IMG/VR virus record: IMGVR_UViG_3300013829_000002
Coordinates: 1 to 43,528 of that record
Length of the DNA stretch: 43,528 nucleotides
Reading direction: 5' to 3' (one strand)
Origin: a virus
Taxonomy: Duplodnaviria; Caudoviricetes
This document shows, one piece after another, positions 27,111-36,953 of the stretch. The notes beneath the pieces are model-generated. The model saw nothing but the letters and a program-made list of their open reading frames with translations, did no database searches and was not told where the DNA came from. A program made the position numbers and the translations under genes. Positions within the stretch are counted from its first letter, which is position 1; each line of letters opens with the position of its first letter.

Positions 27111-27683
27111 TCAATAACCTAAAACCTTTGAAGCATACATATCAGCAGTGTGAGTGAAAAGCACATTCGGATACTTCCTGATTGCCCTGTCATAACCTTC
27201 CCAGTCATCCCTGACATAAGCACCCATGTGATAACGGATGCACAGAATTTCTTCTTCTGTCAATGTGATGAACTGTGACAGCAGCATGATTGACTTATCC
27301 CCATGACCTTTCAGCAATACATCAGATGCATGTTCAAAATGTGCTTCTTCACCTTTGACTTCATCAGTTCCCATCATCACCTGACCTTCTTCATCCACAA
27401 CCTTGATGTATTCATCCATCTTGCACAGGTCATGGAACAGACCGACAATCACAGGTGATTCTTTCCGCTGCCATTCCAGGTCAAGCTTCGCTGTCATTTC
27501 CATCAGGCAACCCATCACTTCAAAGCTGTGGTCAAACAGACCGCCTTCATAATTGCCATGATACTTTGTGGAAGCAGGGGAATTGAAGAAACCGTTCTGC
27601 ATCAGCCATTGCTTGAATTCCTTGGAAACAATACCATCAGTTGCACTTGTGAATTCCTCAATCCTTTCAAGAAACTTATTCAT
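27111..27683 (-). CDS. HD-domain phosphohydrolase
   Basis: PASTKYHG..GGLFDHS, LFHDLCK, GHGDKS, IRYHMG, HTAD. Confidence 0.88.
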   Translation of the reverse strand: MNKFLERIEEFTSATDGIVSKEFKQWLMQNGFFNSPASTKYHGNYEGGLFDHSFEVMGCLMEMTAKLDLEWQRKESPVIVGLFHDLCKMDEYIKVVDEEGQVMMGTDEVKGEEAHFEHASDVLLKGHGDKSIMLLSQFITLTEEEILCIRYHMGAYVRDDWEGYDRAIRKYPNVLFTHTADMYASKVLGY

Positions 27684-27868
27684 TCCTTTCCACCGCCTTT
27701 CAAATAATCTGATAGTTCCAGTTCAAGTTCTTTCTTTGTTGTATGCCTTTTGATGTTGTCAGTCAGATTGCTGTTATAACGAAAAGCATCACGAATGAAA
27801 TCATCATCTGTCGGTATTCTCAAAGTGTTTTTCTGTGGATCTATCAAAAGAAAATATCCTTTAGCCAT
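27680..27868 (-). CDS. Hypothetical protein
   Basis: Probable start MAKGY after AAAGGA (track ORF extends to 27970); overlaps HD gene start. Confidence 0.5.
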   Translation of the reverse strand: MAKGYFLLIDPQKNTLRIPTDDDFIRDAFRYNSNLTDNIKRHTTKKELELELSDYLKGGGKE

Positions 27869-28021
27869 TTTTATTTTCACCGTTCCTTTCATCTTCATCA
27901 GGTACTTCTTCCAGGGTGTCCATCCTCTTAACATTCGGATTCCCACAATAGATGCAAGGGGTGTTTTCATTGTAACTGGTTGAATATTGGTTTCCCTTAC
28001 ATTTGGGGCATTTGAATCTGT

Positions 28022-28246
28022 TCATTTGAACACCCTTCCTGACCGCTTGTCCTTTATTTCAATTCGGTTCAAAAGTTCAAAATCTGATTGAATGATGATG
28101 AACTTTAACACCTTAATCAGGAAGTGAACCTTGTTTTCCAGTTCTGTATCTTCCTTGATTATTGGTTTCAATGCTTCATATGCAGTTGGGTCTGCACAAC
28201 CTGATGCATTGAAGTGTGGGTTTTTATTTGCCAACTGCTGCACCAC
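28022..28246 (-). CDS. Hypothetical phage protein
   Basis: NASGCADPTAYEA motif, C-terminal IEIKDKRSGRVF. Confidence 0.7.
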   Translation of the reverse strand: MVQQLANKNPHFNASGCADPTAYEALKPIIKEDTELENKVHFLIKVLKFIIIQSDFELLNRIEIKDKRSGRVFK

Positions 28247-28829
28247 CTTTCAGATAATCATTTAATTCAGGCATGTTCTGACAAGTCCAAATGCAGCAAA
28301 GCAGATTCCAAGCAAATGCCCTGTCATGGGGTTCATCATTATCACCCCTGTTCCATTTCATGTAATGCCTGACCGCTGAATCAATATAACAGTGTGCAGG
28401 AATACCTTTTCGCCAGTTGTTGTCACCATACTTCTTTGCACCTTCTTCAAAGTGAATAGACACTTCAAGCATCATGTCAGCAAGGTTCTGTTTCATGAAG
28501 TCATATTCAACAATCTTTCCTGCTTCATCCCTGGTCATATAAATAAGGGAAAATTCTTTCAGGGCATCAAATAGGGGAATGAAGTCACCTGTGCTTTTGA
28601 ATTTGTGAATCTGCATCAGTTCCTTTGAACCCATCAGGTCAGCAACCACACCCAGGGGAAGAAGGTCACACCTTCCTTTACCTTCCTGAATATCTCTGAC
28701 CGCACCACTGTCAAATTGCCTTCTGTGTCCACTGTCCTTGATGGAAGTCTTTTCACAATTGATGCAGACTTGCCTTCCTTCGGGAACATATTTACCGCAC
28801 ATTACACATGTATCTTCCATTTTCAGCAC
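28224..28829 (-). CDS. dATP/dGTP diphosphohydrolase-like protein (DUF5664-like) with N-terminal Zn-ribbon
   Basis: CVMC..CINC; GKGRCDLLP; GAKKYGDNNWRKGIP..YIDSAVRH; DEPHDRA. Confidence 0.75.
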   Translation of the reverse strand: MLKMEDTCVMCGKYVPEGRQVCINCEKTSIKDSGHRRQFDSGAVRDIQEGKGRCDLLPLGVVADLMGSKELMQIHKFKSTGDFIPLFDALKEFSLIYMTRDEAGKIVEYDFMKQNLADMMLEVSIHFEEGAKKYGDNNWRKGIPAHCYIDSAVRHYMKWNRGDNDEPHDRAFAWNLLCCIWTCQNMPELNDYLKGGAAVGK

Positions 28830-29794
28830 CCCCCTTCATATATCAATTGATCTTTTTTCCAAGGTTCATATTCATCAAATGAACAAACTTTGTATATTCT
28901 TGAATTCACCCATCTTGCAAAATGTTTCAATCTTATATCAGGGATCTGATTATAAATCATCACATAAGGATCAATCTTCATTTCTGACAGCTTCTTGAAT
29001 CTATACATATCTTCTTCAAAGCTTGTATTGAATCCGACCAGGACAAAACACATTTGTCTGTATGGTCTGATAAATTTACCAAGGATCTTGATTCCTTCAA
29101 GCACTTGTTTTTCATAACCCATCAGATCCCAGGCATAATGAATTGACCTTAAATGTTTTACTTCTGCCAAAGCCTGTGCAATATCTTCATTCATCAATCT
29201 GACATCACATCCTTGATTGATGTCCACAACCAACTTTCTTTCCTTTATTTCATGCAGCTTATCAATGCATTTTGGATCAGCAGTCAAGTTGTTATCATGA
29301 AGAACAATCACATTTGACCTTGGATTGATAATGTCTTTTATATCCTGATCCTGTTTCAATGATCCTTCTTTGACTGGAACAAAGCAGAAGGGGCATTTTC
29401 TAACACAACCCCTTGAAGTGAAACCGATCCCTGCATTTACAATTTCAGTTGCCTTTCTCAACTTGTGTTCCTTTGTTCCAATTACTCTGATCCTGCTTGC
29501 AATCATTTCAGGTGAATAAAGATCATAATCTGCTTTGCATGATTCAATTTCAGGAAGCAAATTCTTTTTAATATCCCAACCAGTTCCACCGATTTCAATT
29601 TTATCACCATACTTTTTAATCAGCTTTTCACATTTATCATGTGACCTGGTAAAGATTGAACTTGCGTATATTTTTTCATAATGCCCATCTTCTTGAACCC
29701 ATTGAACTTCTTCACCAAAGCTTTTATAGTATGTTGAAATTTTCATCAATGCCAGATTTGGAATCTTTCCATCAATATCAATCAACCCTATCAT
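28823..29794 (-). CDS. Radical SAM protein
   Basis: TSRGCVRKCPFC (CxxxCxxC); N-terminal PNLALMKI / IGGTG domain. Confidence 0.85.
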   Translation of the reverse strand: MIGLIDIDGKIPNLALMKISTYYKSFGEEVQWVQEDGHYEKIYASSIFTRSHDKCEKLIKKYGDKIEIGGTGWDIKKNLLPEIESCKADYDLYSPEMIASRIRVIGTKEHKLRKATEIVNAGIGFTSRGCVRKCPFCFVPVKEGSLKQDQDIKDIINPRSNVIVLHDNNLTADPKCIDKLHEIKERKLVVDINQGCDVRLMNEDIAQALAEVKHLRSIHYAWDLMGYEKQVLEGIKILGKFIRPYRQMCFVLVGFNTSFEEDMYRFKKLSEMKIDPYVMIYNQIPDIRLKHFARWVNSRIYKVCSFDEYEPWKKDQLIYEGGC

Positions 29795-29814
29795 CTTATT
29801 CAGTCATCCTTCCT

Positions 29815-31707
29815 TTACCTTGATACAAACAATCTGTGTGTCTTGTTTCCAATACGCTTCACAATGACCTGCATGTTCAGAATCCTGTTGATTTGCTTTG
29901 AAAACTCAATGTTTGACATTGGTTGCAGATTATTTGACAGGCAATATTCTTGATATCTCTTGTAAACATCTTTTGTTGGTTCATTTTCAATCTTGAAGTC
30001 ATCATCTGATTCAACTTCCCTGATGAAGCCAAGTACAGGGTTGTTGCTTTCTTCATATTCTTCAAGTTCTCTTTGAACTTTTTCTGATTCGCTGAACTTC
30101 TTAGTGTCAAGTATTCGTTTCAAACCGTTCAGTCCAAGCTGAATCATGTATTCCATTGATTCCTGTGACCGCAGCACATCACCAATGTGTGGGTTGAAGT
30201 CAGGGTCATCTGCACTGAATTTTGCATCAAATGGGATGATAACCAACCGCCTTAATATAGCAGCGGAATCCCTGCCTTTGCCCATCCTTGGAATGTTGTT
30301 TGCGGAAAAGAACAGCTTTGTGTATGGTTCAAATTCAAACTTCGGTTGACCCTTCTGTTCAGCATCAATTGTTTCACCAGTGACTATCTTCTTGAAGATT
30401 GAAGCATCCATGATGAATTCATCTGATATATCATCACCTATGTTGGCAAGCCTTCCAAACAACATCACTGTGCTGAATCTGTCACCAAGCTTCTTCAAGT
30501 CCAGGGATGAAATGTTCTGCTTTCCAAGCAGGTGCTTCAACATGTTCAAATAAGTTGATTTTCCATTGCTTCCTGTACCAGTCAGGATGAAGGCTTTGCC
30601 CAGTTCATTTCTTCTGAACAAACAGAACCCTGCTGCTTCTTCAAGCAATGCCCTTATGTTCGGGTCATTACATGCAATCTTGTCAAGGGTCTTGTCCGTA
30701 ACTTCCGAATAAGCATGTGGGTTGTAATCCCATTCAATCCTGTTGGTTATAACTGTATTGGGTGAAAATGTGGAAAAGCTGCCATCCGTCATGTTCAGGA
30801 TTCCATTTCTGAAAGCAATCATGTTTGCAGGGGATGCAGGGGTGTTGTCACGAATCATAATTTCAAGGTATGAAAGAACTTCGGTTCTTTTTGCCCTGTT
30901 AAGCTGTGGTATGTGTCTAATCATTTCAGCTTCTATTTCTGCAAGACCGCTGATGTAAATTCCATCCCTGTAAAGGTGAAGCTGATTGTTTATCCTGATG
31001 ATGTGGTTATTGTTCTTTATGTAGGTTGCAAACTTATCAAATAAGAATGTTGTACCCTTAAAGAAAATAGGTTTCTGAAAAGCATCATCACGCAGCACCA
31101 CTTCCAGTTCATCATCTGACAGCGGAACTTTCAGAATGTACTGGTTTATAAGCCTGATGCATTCCCTTGATTCTTCCACACTGAAATCATTTGATTGTAA
31201 TGTCAGTATGTAATTGAATAGGGATTGATTTCTTCCGTCACCTGGTTCAAGGTTCAGGAATTCCATTGTTGTTTTCACAGGAAGCAGCCACTTTGGAAGG
31301 TCTTGTGCTTCTTCATTGTCAGCCTGATCATAAAGAACAGTTCTTTCTTTTCCACCGAATTTCAATATGGAATATGAATTCCTTTTACCAAGCTTGATGT
31401 CAGCAGTCAGACCGATTGCCAGGCTTGCTTTTGTCCTGCATGTGTCAACCGTTGTATTCTTAAACAGGAAGTGTTTACCCCTGGTTGTTTGGTACACCCT
31501 GCACTTCAACTGATTTTCTGTAACTATCTTGAACAGTAATTCACTTTGTTCAAGGTCATCAATGTCAATCAGAATGGTTTCAGTGTCTAAAATACCTGCA
31601 AATTCAGGAAGTGACTTCACTTGTCTGTATGTCTTGAAGTCCGTTCTGTTCTTGAACTTCTCAATGCACTTCTTATCTTTTGTTTCAACATATCCTTTGA
31701 AAAACAA
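29815..31707 (-). CDS. Primase-helicase, P4-alpha/D5-like (SF3)
   Basis: DIDD and TTRGKHF primase motifs, GRNQSLF (PriCT-like), GTGSNGKS Walker A, FSANNIP, ILRRL. Confidence 0.9.
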   Translation of the reverse strand: MFFKGYVETKDKKCIEKFKNRTDFKTYRQVKSLPEFAGILDTETILIDIDDLEQSELLFKIVTENQLKCRVYQTTRGKHFLFKNTTVDTCRTKASLAIGLTADIKLGKRNSYSILKFGGKERTVLYDQADNEEAQDLPKWLLPVKTTMEFLNLEPGDGRNQSLFNYILTLQSNDFSVEESRECIRLINQYILKVPLSDDELEVVLRDDAFQKPIFFKGTTFLFDKFATYIKNNNHIIRINNQLHLYRDGIYISGLAEIEAEMIRHIPQLNRAKRTEVLSYLEIMIRDNTPASPANMIAFRNGILNMTDGSFSTFSPNTVITNRIEWDYNPHAYSEVTDKTLDKIACNDPNIRALLEEAAGFCLFRRNELGKAFILTGTGSNGKSTYLNMLKHLLGKQNISSLDLKKLGDRFSTVMLFGRLANIGDDISDEFIMDASIFKKIVTGETIDAEQKGQPKFEFEPYTKLFFSANNIPRMGKGRDSAAILRRLVIIPFDAKFSADDPDFNPHIGDVLRSQESMEYMIQLGLNGLKRILDTKKFSESEKVQRELEEYEESNNPVLGFIREVESDDDFKIENEPTKDVYKRYQEYCLSNNLQPMSNIEFSKQINRILNMQVIVKRIGNKTHRLFVSR

Positions 31708-31743
31708 GTTCTGTCACTTCCTTTCTTTTATAATTTCTGTTCA

Positions 31744-33447
31744 TCACACCACCCCAAAATCAGCAAGCCTTTTCTTTGCAAACTTGATATACCAGTGCTT
31801 GTCAAGTTTTTCAGGTGCTGCCTTTCCGTTCACTTCGTCATTGTAAATGAAGCAATTTGCAGGTGAATTTGACAGTTTTTCAGGTCTGCCAGTTCGGACA
31901 CTTATCTTGGATACACCTTCATCAGATGGTGCTTTTGAAGCAAACACCCTGATGCACTTTTCCTTCAACACTTTGCTTCCATGAACAATATGCTTGTACT
32001 TTGATGATATTTTTGTCACCATCTGATATTCTTTCAGGTCATTGCAGGGAAGAATGGTATCTTCAACAGATATTCCATGCACCATGTAGTTGATAAGTGC
32101 TTTGTTGATAATCGGAAGGTCATAGTCCAAATTGGAAAGCTTCTTCACATAACCGCCTTTGGATTTGATTTTTCCATTTTCATCAATCAGGATGTAGTTG
32201 TTCACATCCTTTTGGAACACCTTGCTGAATATCTCAAATTCCATCTTCATTCCTGTTGCACATTCCCATTCATAGACAACATCATCCAGGATGTCATAAT
32301 CATCAATGCTTTTCAGCTTTAACAAAATTCCATCTGTGTTGCTCTGAACAAGCTGTGCATGGGGTTCAACCATTTCAATCAACATCAGCAGCATAAGCTG
32401 ACCATTCACGCAAACTGCATTATTCATCAATGGGTCATACAGTCTGCTGTTCTTGTCTTTAAGCTGCCCACTCATACTGTTATCTGCAATCTTGAAAGGT
32501 GACCTTGCTTTTTTGTTTCCTTCGGCTTTGTATCGCAGGTTTTCCTTATGAATCAATTCAAAGCTTTCAGGCTTTGACATGTTCCTGTACCCATACTTGT
32601 ATTGAAGCTGAATGGAAGGATAGTAAGCTGTCACATCCATATTCAACAGCACACCTGATTCAGTGTTTTGCTTCTTTGCACCATGGATGCCACCCCAGGC
32701 AAAGGTATGTGGTACACCTGCAATCATAGTTTCCAATGACTTATCATAGCTGTGGTTTTCAGGGTTCTTGTACCAGTCAAGCACATATTTGTATTTGCTC
32801 AATTTCAAGCATGGAACAATTGGAAAGTCAAATTCATTGTCATCAAACCTTTTTCCCATGCCACCGCAGATTTCACACACCAGTTGTGCTTTTGTCTTGC
32901 TATATGATGAAATCGGAAGATTGAACAGCTTTATCAGTTCCCTGGAAGCATCAAATTCTTCACTTCTTTGCAGGAACACTTCAATTGTCTGTTCCACATC
33001 ATGTCTGCAATACTTGACTGTTTCATCAAGTTCTTCTTGTGTCAGCTTCCTGTCAATGTCAAACGGAACTGAACTTTCCTTGATGTTGTTGCCCATGAAC
33101 CCTTCAAAGGATTTCAAACCCCTGTCTGTGCCAAGCATCACATCATAATTGATAAGTGGTACATTCCGCATGACAGAAGAATATTTCCAACCAGGGTTTC
33201 CTGCCACAATAATGAAATCATTGATTTTCTTCGGCTCAAATCCGCAAAGAATACCTTTCAGGATGTACTGGTCATAATGCCTTGAATTGAAACCAACCCA
33301 AATGTCATTTATGTGTTGCTTATAAACTTTTTCAAGTTCATCAGGATTGTTGATGATAACATGTTCACATCTATTGGTCACATCATTGATGACAACCAAC
33401 CAATCCTGACTGAACACTTCAAAGTCATAAAACAGCATTTTCATCAC
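31744..33447 (-). CDS. DNA polymerase, family-B-like, with 3'-5' exonuclease
   Basis: YDFE / FNSRHYD / YCRHD exonuclease motifs; DVTAYYPS, KIADNSMSG, SNTDG polymerase motifs. Confidence 0.85.
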   Translation of the reverse strand: MMKMLFYDFEVFSQDWLVVINDVTNRCEHVIINNPDELEKVYKQHINDIWVGFNSRHYDQYILKGILCGFEPKKINDFIIVAGNPGWKYSSVMRNVPLINYDVMLGTDRGLKSFEGFMGNNIKESSVPFDIDRKLTQEELDETVKYCRHDVEQTIEVFLQRSEEFDASRELIKLFNLPISSYSKTKAQLVCEICGGMGKRFDDNEFDFPIVPCLKLSKYKYVLDWYKNPENHSYDKSLETMIAGVPHTFAWGGIHGAKKQNTESGVLLNMDVTAYYPSIQLQYKYGYRNMSKPESFELIHKENLRYKAEGNKKARSPFKIADNSMSGQLKDKNSRLYDPLMNNAVCVNGQLMLLMLIEMVEPHAQLVQSNTDGILLKLKSIDDYDILDDVVYEWECATGMKMEFEIFSKVFQKDVNNYILIDENGKIKSKGGYVKKLSNLDYDLPIINKALINYMVHGISVEDTILPCNDLKEYQMVTKISSKYKHIVHGSKVLKEKCIRVFASKAPSDEGVSKISVRTGRPEKLSNSPANCFIYNDEVNGKAAPEKLDKHWYIKFAKKRLADFGVV

Positions 33448-33459
33448 ATCCTTTCAGTA

Positions 33460-33490
33460 AAATAATAGGGGGAAGGGGTTACCTTCCCCC
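33460..33490 (-). terminator. Hairpin/terminator between SSB and polymerase
   Basis: GGGGGAAGG (33468-33476) / CCTTCCCCC (33482-33490), followed by TATTATTTT on the minus strand. Confidence 0.65.
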
Positions 33491-33501
33491 CAAATCAATG
33501 A

Positions 33502-33960
33502 TTATTCGACTTCAAACACTTCTGTGATTTCGTATGTACCAAAGCCTTTTTTGCCTTCTCCATACTCCAACCCGAATTCAAGTTTTCCATCAACTGCTTC
33601 ATGAATGTCCATCAGAAGCTTTGCATACTGCTTGTATGTTACGAACTCAATATCAAGTCCAGTATCCATGGAACGCAGCAATTCATTGACTATGTGGATT
33701 TGAAAAGCCTGTGTGACTACCTGGTTGTAGAAAATCAAGCTGCCTTTGTGTTCACCGTTCAGAACCTTGAACCAAATGCTAACCATTGGGTCTTTTGCTT
33801 TGGATTCAGTCAGTTCCATCTTGTTGATTGATACTTCATAGCTGCCAAAGGGAACAGGGGTGAAGTTTCCACCGCTTTCTTTCTGTTCCTTAACCTCTTT
33901 TGCCAATTCCTCTGTGTTGTATGCCTTGTCAAACTTATCCCAAATGTTCTGTTGTGCCAT
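33502..33960 (-). CDS. Single-stranded DNA-binding protein (DUF669-like)
   Basis: VPFGSYEV..MELTESK..PMVSIWFKVLNGEHKG. Confidence 0.75.
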   Translation of the reverse strand: MAQQNIWDKFDKAYNTEELAKEVKEQKESGGNFTPVPFGSYEVSINKMELTESKAKDPMVSIWFKVLNGEHKGSLIFYNQVVTQAFQIHIVNELLRSMDTGLDIEFVTYKQYAKLLMDIHEAVDGKLEFGLEYGEGKKGFGTYEITEVFEVE

Positions 33961-33979
33961 TTTAATTCACCTTATCCTT

Positions 33980-34318
33980 TCAAATTTGATTATTGATTAT
34001 TTTTCTGACTTCTTCGACCTGCTTGATAAGCTTGTCCTTTTGAAGTCTGTTTGCATAAATGGTTTCTACCATCTGATTTGTCACTTCCAAGATGTCCTGG
34101 AAAGCTCTTGTGTTTGATTCCAATGATGCTTCATAAGAACCAAGGTCACTGTTTTCTTTGTTCTGTGATTCCTGAACAGCCTGTTCAAGACTGTCAATCA
34201 GGTTTTCAAAGTACCTTGATGCTTCATATCCCATGTACTGTTCAAGAAGCCATTTGAAGTCTTTGCTATCAAAGACGGTCTGAACCTTCCCATCTTTAAG
34301 TTGCATTACTTCTGCCAT
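33980..34318 (-). CDS. Hypothetical protein
   Basis: Operon-packed, 1-nt overlap with upstream gene. Confidence 0.65.
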   Translation of the reverse strand: MAEVMQLKDGKVQTVFDSKDFKWLLEQYMGYEASRYFENLIDSLEQAVQESQNKENSDLGSYEASLESNTRAFQDILEVTNQMVETIYANRLQKDKLIKQVEEVRKIINNQI

Positions 34319-36075
34319 TATTCGCCCCTCTTTTTCCTGGTTCTTGTTGTCGGCTTTGGTGCTTCCTGCTCTGCACTTTTCGCAGTATCGGGTGCAGCAG
34401 GTTGTTCAACTGTTCCACCTTCTGTGGGGGCATCATTGGAAGCTGTTCCTGTGCCATTTTCAGTAGGTTCAGGAAAGGATTCTGTTTCACCTGTTTCTAC
34501 CTTCGGTGTTTCGGGTTCAGGGTTCTTGTCCTTTTTCTGTCTGCCTTTTCTTTCAGTGGAAGCGGATGTGACAGGTGCTTCACCGTTCATCACTGCAACC
34601 GCATTCTTGTTTGCTTCCGCATACACTTCAAGGAAAGCATCATAATCAAGGGGAATTTCATTGGTGCTGACCGTCAACCTGCCACCGCCAAAGATTACTT
34701 CATTAGTCTTGAAGGACAGGGTTCTGACATCACCATCAGCAATGACCCTTGCAACAATGTCAACCATTCCTGCAACTTTGTTTGCAACCTTTTCACGCAA
34801 GTTCGGCTTGATTGCAGTGATTTTGTCACCGCCCTTTTTCGTGATGTCTTTGGATGTATCTTCATGGGAAATCAGAATGATGTTTTCATAGTCCAGGTTC
34901 ATAAGCTTCTTCAAGGTTGACAGGTATTCAGTCAAGACCTTATCCCATGCCCTGAAACTGTCATCTGATTCATGGGTTATTCCCATTTGGTCATACATGT
35001 ACAGTCTGCAATGCTCATAACAATCTTCAAGCAGGTCAACGATCAGGGTCTTGAACTCATTGTCCTTCTTTTCAAGTTCTTCAATAACTTCCTTGAACAC
35101 TGCCCAGGCGAATGTTCTTTTCGGTGACAACCTTCCGTTTGCTTCCACTTTGTCCTTGATCGCAATGTAAGGTGCATCAACAAACTTGATGTTTCCATCA
35201 GTGTTCAGCATCAATGGATCAGGGAACTTGTTTGCGAATGTGGTTTTTCCGCTGAACGGTGAACCATACATCCAAATAACTTTCTTTTCGATTTTCTCAA
35301 TGTTTCTTCTTTCTTTGCTTGGTAGTAACATGTAATCAATTCCTTTCTCACAATAATTTTGATATTCACAATAGTTACATAGGTAACCAAAATTCTTATT
35401 GAAGTCTGTTGCTTCAATGGTGTGCTTTGTGTTCAGTAAGAAGTTAATGACTTTCATTGGGTCATATTCAATCTGAACCAGTTCGGGTTCAACACCCTTC
35501 AATTCATCAAGAATCCGTTTCCTGAACTCTGACAAATCTTCTGTTTTTTTCTGCTTGATGTTGACCTTCGGAACAAACAAGAAGAAAAGGTTTCTGATGT
35601 GTTTGCCAGGGTTGCACTTTTCAAAGAAGTATTTGTATATGTGCAACTGATCTGACTGTTTGTAATTGCTGATGTTGTTGGAATACTTGAAGTCATAGAT
35701 GTCATACTGATTCGGAACTTCTGAATCATGGAACATTGTCACTGGTGCAAGAAGGTCAATATAACCAATGAAATCTTCCGTTGAAATCTTAACTTCAAAA
35801 TCCCCTTTGGGAATCAGCTTTGCTGCCCTTGGTATTAAGTTTTCAAGCTTCATTGCTTCGTTGATGTGATCATCTGTGATGACTGGATATGACATGAAAT
35901 ATTCATCCAGTGCTTTTGTCACACCCTTTTCCAGTCCTGTGTGAAGTGCTGTTCCGATAATAAGCGGATGGTCAGCATTGTCAGGCGGTAAGGTTAGTAT
36001 TCGGTCACGATAACGCAGCTTGTACTTAAATGGGCATTTTTCAAAGCATTCAATTCTGCTGTGTGAACATTGCAT
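34318..36075 (-). CDS. PD-(D/E)XK exonuclease fused to AAA_24/Sak4-like ATPase
   Basis: CP..GTALH..GYIDLL..DFKY..CNYCEYQNYC, then YGSPFSGKT, NTDGN, LIVD, LISHE; acidic P/T/E-rich tail. Confidence 0.85.
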   Translation of the reverse strand: MQCSHSRIECFEKCPFKYKLRYRDRILTLPPDNADHPLIIGTALHTGLEKGVTKALDEYFMSYPVITDDHINEAMKLENLIPRAAKLIPKGDFEVKISTEDFIGYIDLLAPVTMFHDSEVPNQYDIYDFKYSNNISNYKQSDQLHIYKYFFEKCNPGKHIRNLFFLFVPKVNIKQKKTEDLSEFRKRILDELKGVEPELVQIEYDPMKVINFLLNTKHTIEATDFNKNFGYLCNYCEYQNYCEKGIDYMLLPSKERRNIEKIEKKVIWMYGSPFSGKTTFANKFPDPLMLNTDGNIKFVDAPYIAIKDKVEANGRLSPKRTFAWAVFKEVIEELEKKDNEFKTLIVDLLEDCYEHCRLYMYDQMGITHESDDSFRAWDKVLTEYLSTLKKLMNLDYENIILISHEDTSKDITKKGGDKITAIKPNLREKVANKVAGMVDIVARVIADGDVRTLSFKTNEVIFGGGRLTVSTNEIPLDYDAFLEVYAEANKNAVAVMNGEAPVTSASTERKGRQKKDKNPEPETPKVETGETESFPEPTENGTGTASNDAPTEGGTVEQPAAPDTAKSAEQEAPKPTTRTRKKRGE

Positions 36076-36410
36076 TTTTTCACCCCTTTCACTATGTTTT
36101 GGAATCGTTCAAACCCTTTCGGATACAGAACCACACCTATTCCATTTGAACCATTGACTGCTGCTGTGTTTTTAAGCTGCAAATCAGATGGTGTTCCTGC
36201 ATCACCTTTCAGTTCTGCACTAATGAAGATTCCGTTCACACAAAGCAGCAGGTCAGGGATACCGCTTTTTTGATAACCGCCACCCCATGTTTTTAAGTAC
36301 CATCCGCATTCAGGAACTTTTTTCTTGTCCTGTGCTGTTCCTGCTGAATAGATGCCTTCGGATTCAAGCCATCTTTTGACTTTGCTTTCAAATTGCTTTT
36401 CTGCTGCCAA
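35994..36410 (-). CDS. VRR-NUC nuclease
   Basis: EKQFE, GIPDLL, ELKG..PSDLQ. Confidence 0.85.
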   Translation of the reverse strand: MAAEKQFESKVKRWLESEGIYSAGTAQDKKKVPECGWYLKTWGGGYQKSGIPDLLLCVNGIFISAELKGDAGTPSDLQLKNTAAVNGSNGIGVVLYPKGFERFQNIVKGVKKCNVHTAELNALKNAHLSTSCVIVTEY

Positions 36411-36514
36411 TGTTCATCCTTCCTTTCAAATGTGGTACAAGGATATTCCCTTGAACTTTCCAAGCAATACCGCCACTTTCTGCAATCACTGCAAGTGGTT
36501 TCTTTACTTTTCAT
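36293..36514 (-). CDS. Possible small Cys-rich protein (MKSKETTCSDCRKWRYC...)
   Basis: Fills the gap between two genes with coupled start, but runs 118 nt into VRR-NUC. Confidence 0.3.
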   Translation of the reverse strand: MKSKETTCSDCRKWRYCLESSREYPCTTFERKDEHWQQKSNLKAKSKDGLNPKASIQQEQHRTRKKFLNADGT

Positions 36515-36953
36515 CCTTGACTTCAACTTTGATATAAGCTGACTTGTTGGAAGTTTTGGAACATTCGTCAGCAATTGCAGGGTATTTCTTTTTCAGCTTT
36601 GCACTGTCAATGCTTGTTGCTGTGGTTTCTGCAATGTAGGTGATTTTCAGGATGTCACTGTCAAACTTCTTGATGCTGAACTTTTCCATTGCTTCTTTCA
36701 GCTTGTCTTTCAGTTCTTTTTCTTGTGCTTCAATCTGCTTCTTTGCAGTAACCAGGTCAGCAATCTGTTGAAGCACTGCAAGCTGCTGTTCCTTGAAGGT
36801 CACAAGACCTGTTTCTTCATCAAAGGTTGCTTCACCGCATGTCTTTGGTTCACTTCCACATGTATCTGTGCATCCTTCAATGTGTGGGCAAGAATGACAG
36901 CAACCGTCAAACTTTCCCTGTGGGCATTCGTTGTTACACTTAATCATTTTCAA
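36504..36953 (-). CDS. Hypothetical protein, Cys-rich N-terminus plus coiled coil
   Basis: Eight Cys in first 40 aa; IDSAKLKKKYP motif common in phage replication modules. Confidence 0.7.
   Translation of the reverse strand: MKMIKCNNECPQGKFDGCCHSCPHIEGCTDTCGSEPKTCGEATFDEETGLVTFKEQQLAVLQQIADLVTAKKQIEAQEKELKDKLKEAMEKFSIKKFDSDILKITYIAETTATSIDSAKLKKKYPAIADECSKTSNKSAYIKVEVKDEK

Noticed and set aside
27111-28829. 2-aminoadenine (Z-genome) pathway
   Set aside because: No PurZ/adenylosuccinate-synthetase-like gene in the window
35323-35330. Single TAGTAACA inside the nuclease-ATPase gene
   Set aside because: Unpaired 8-mer, expected by chance in 43 kb of AT-rich DNA
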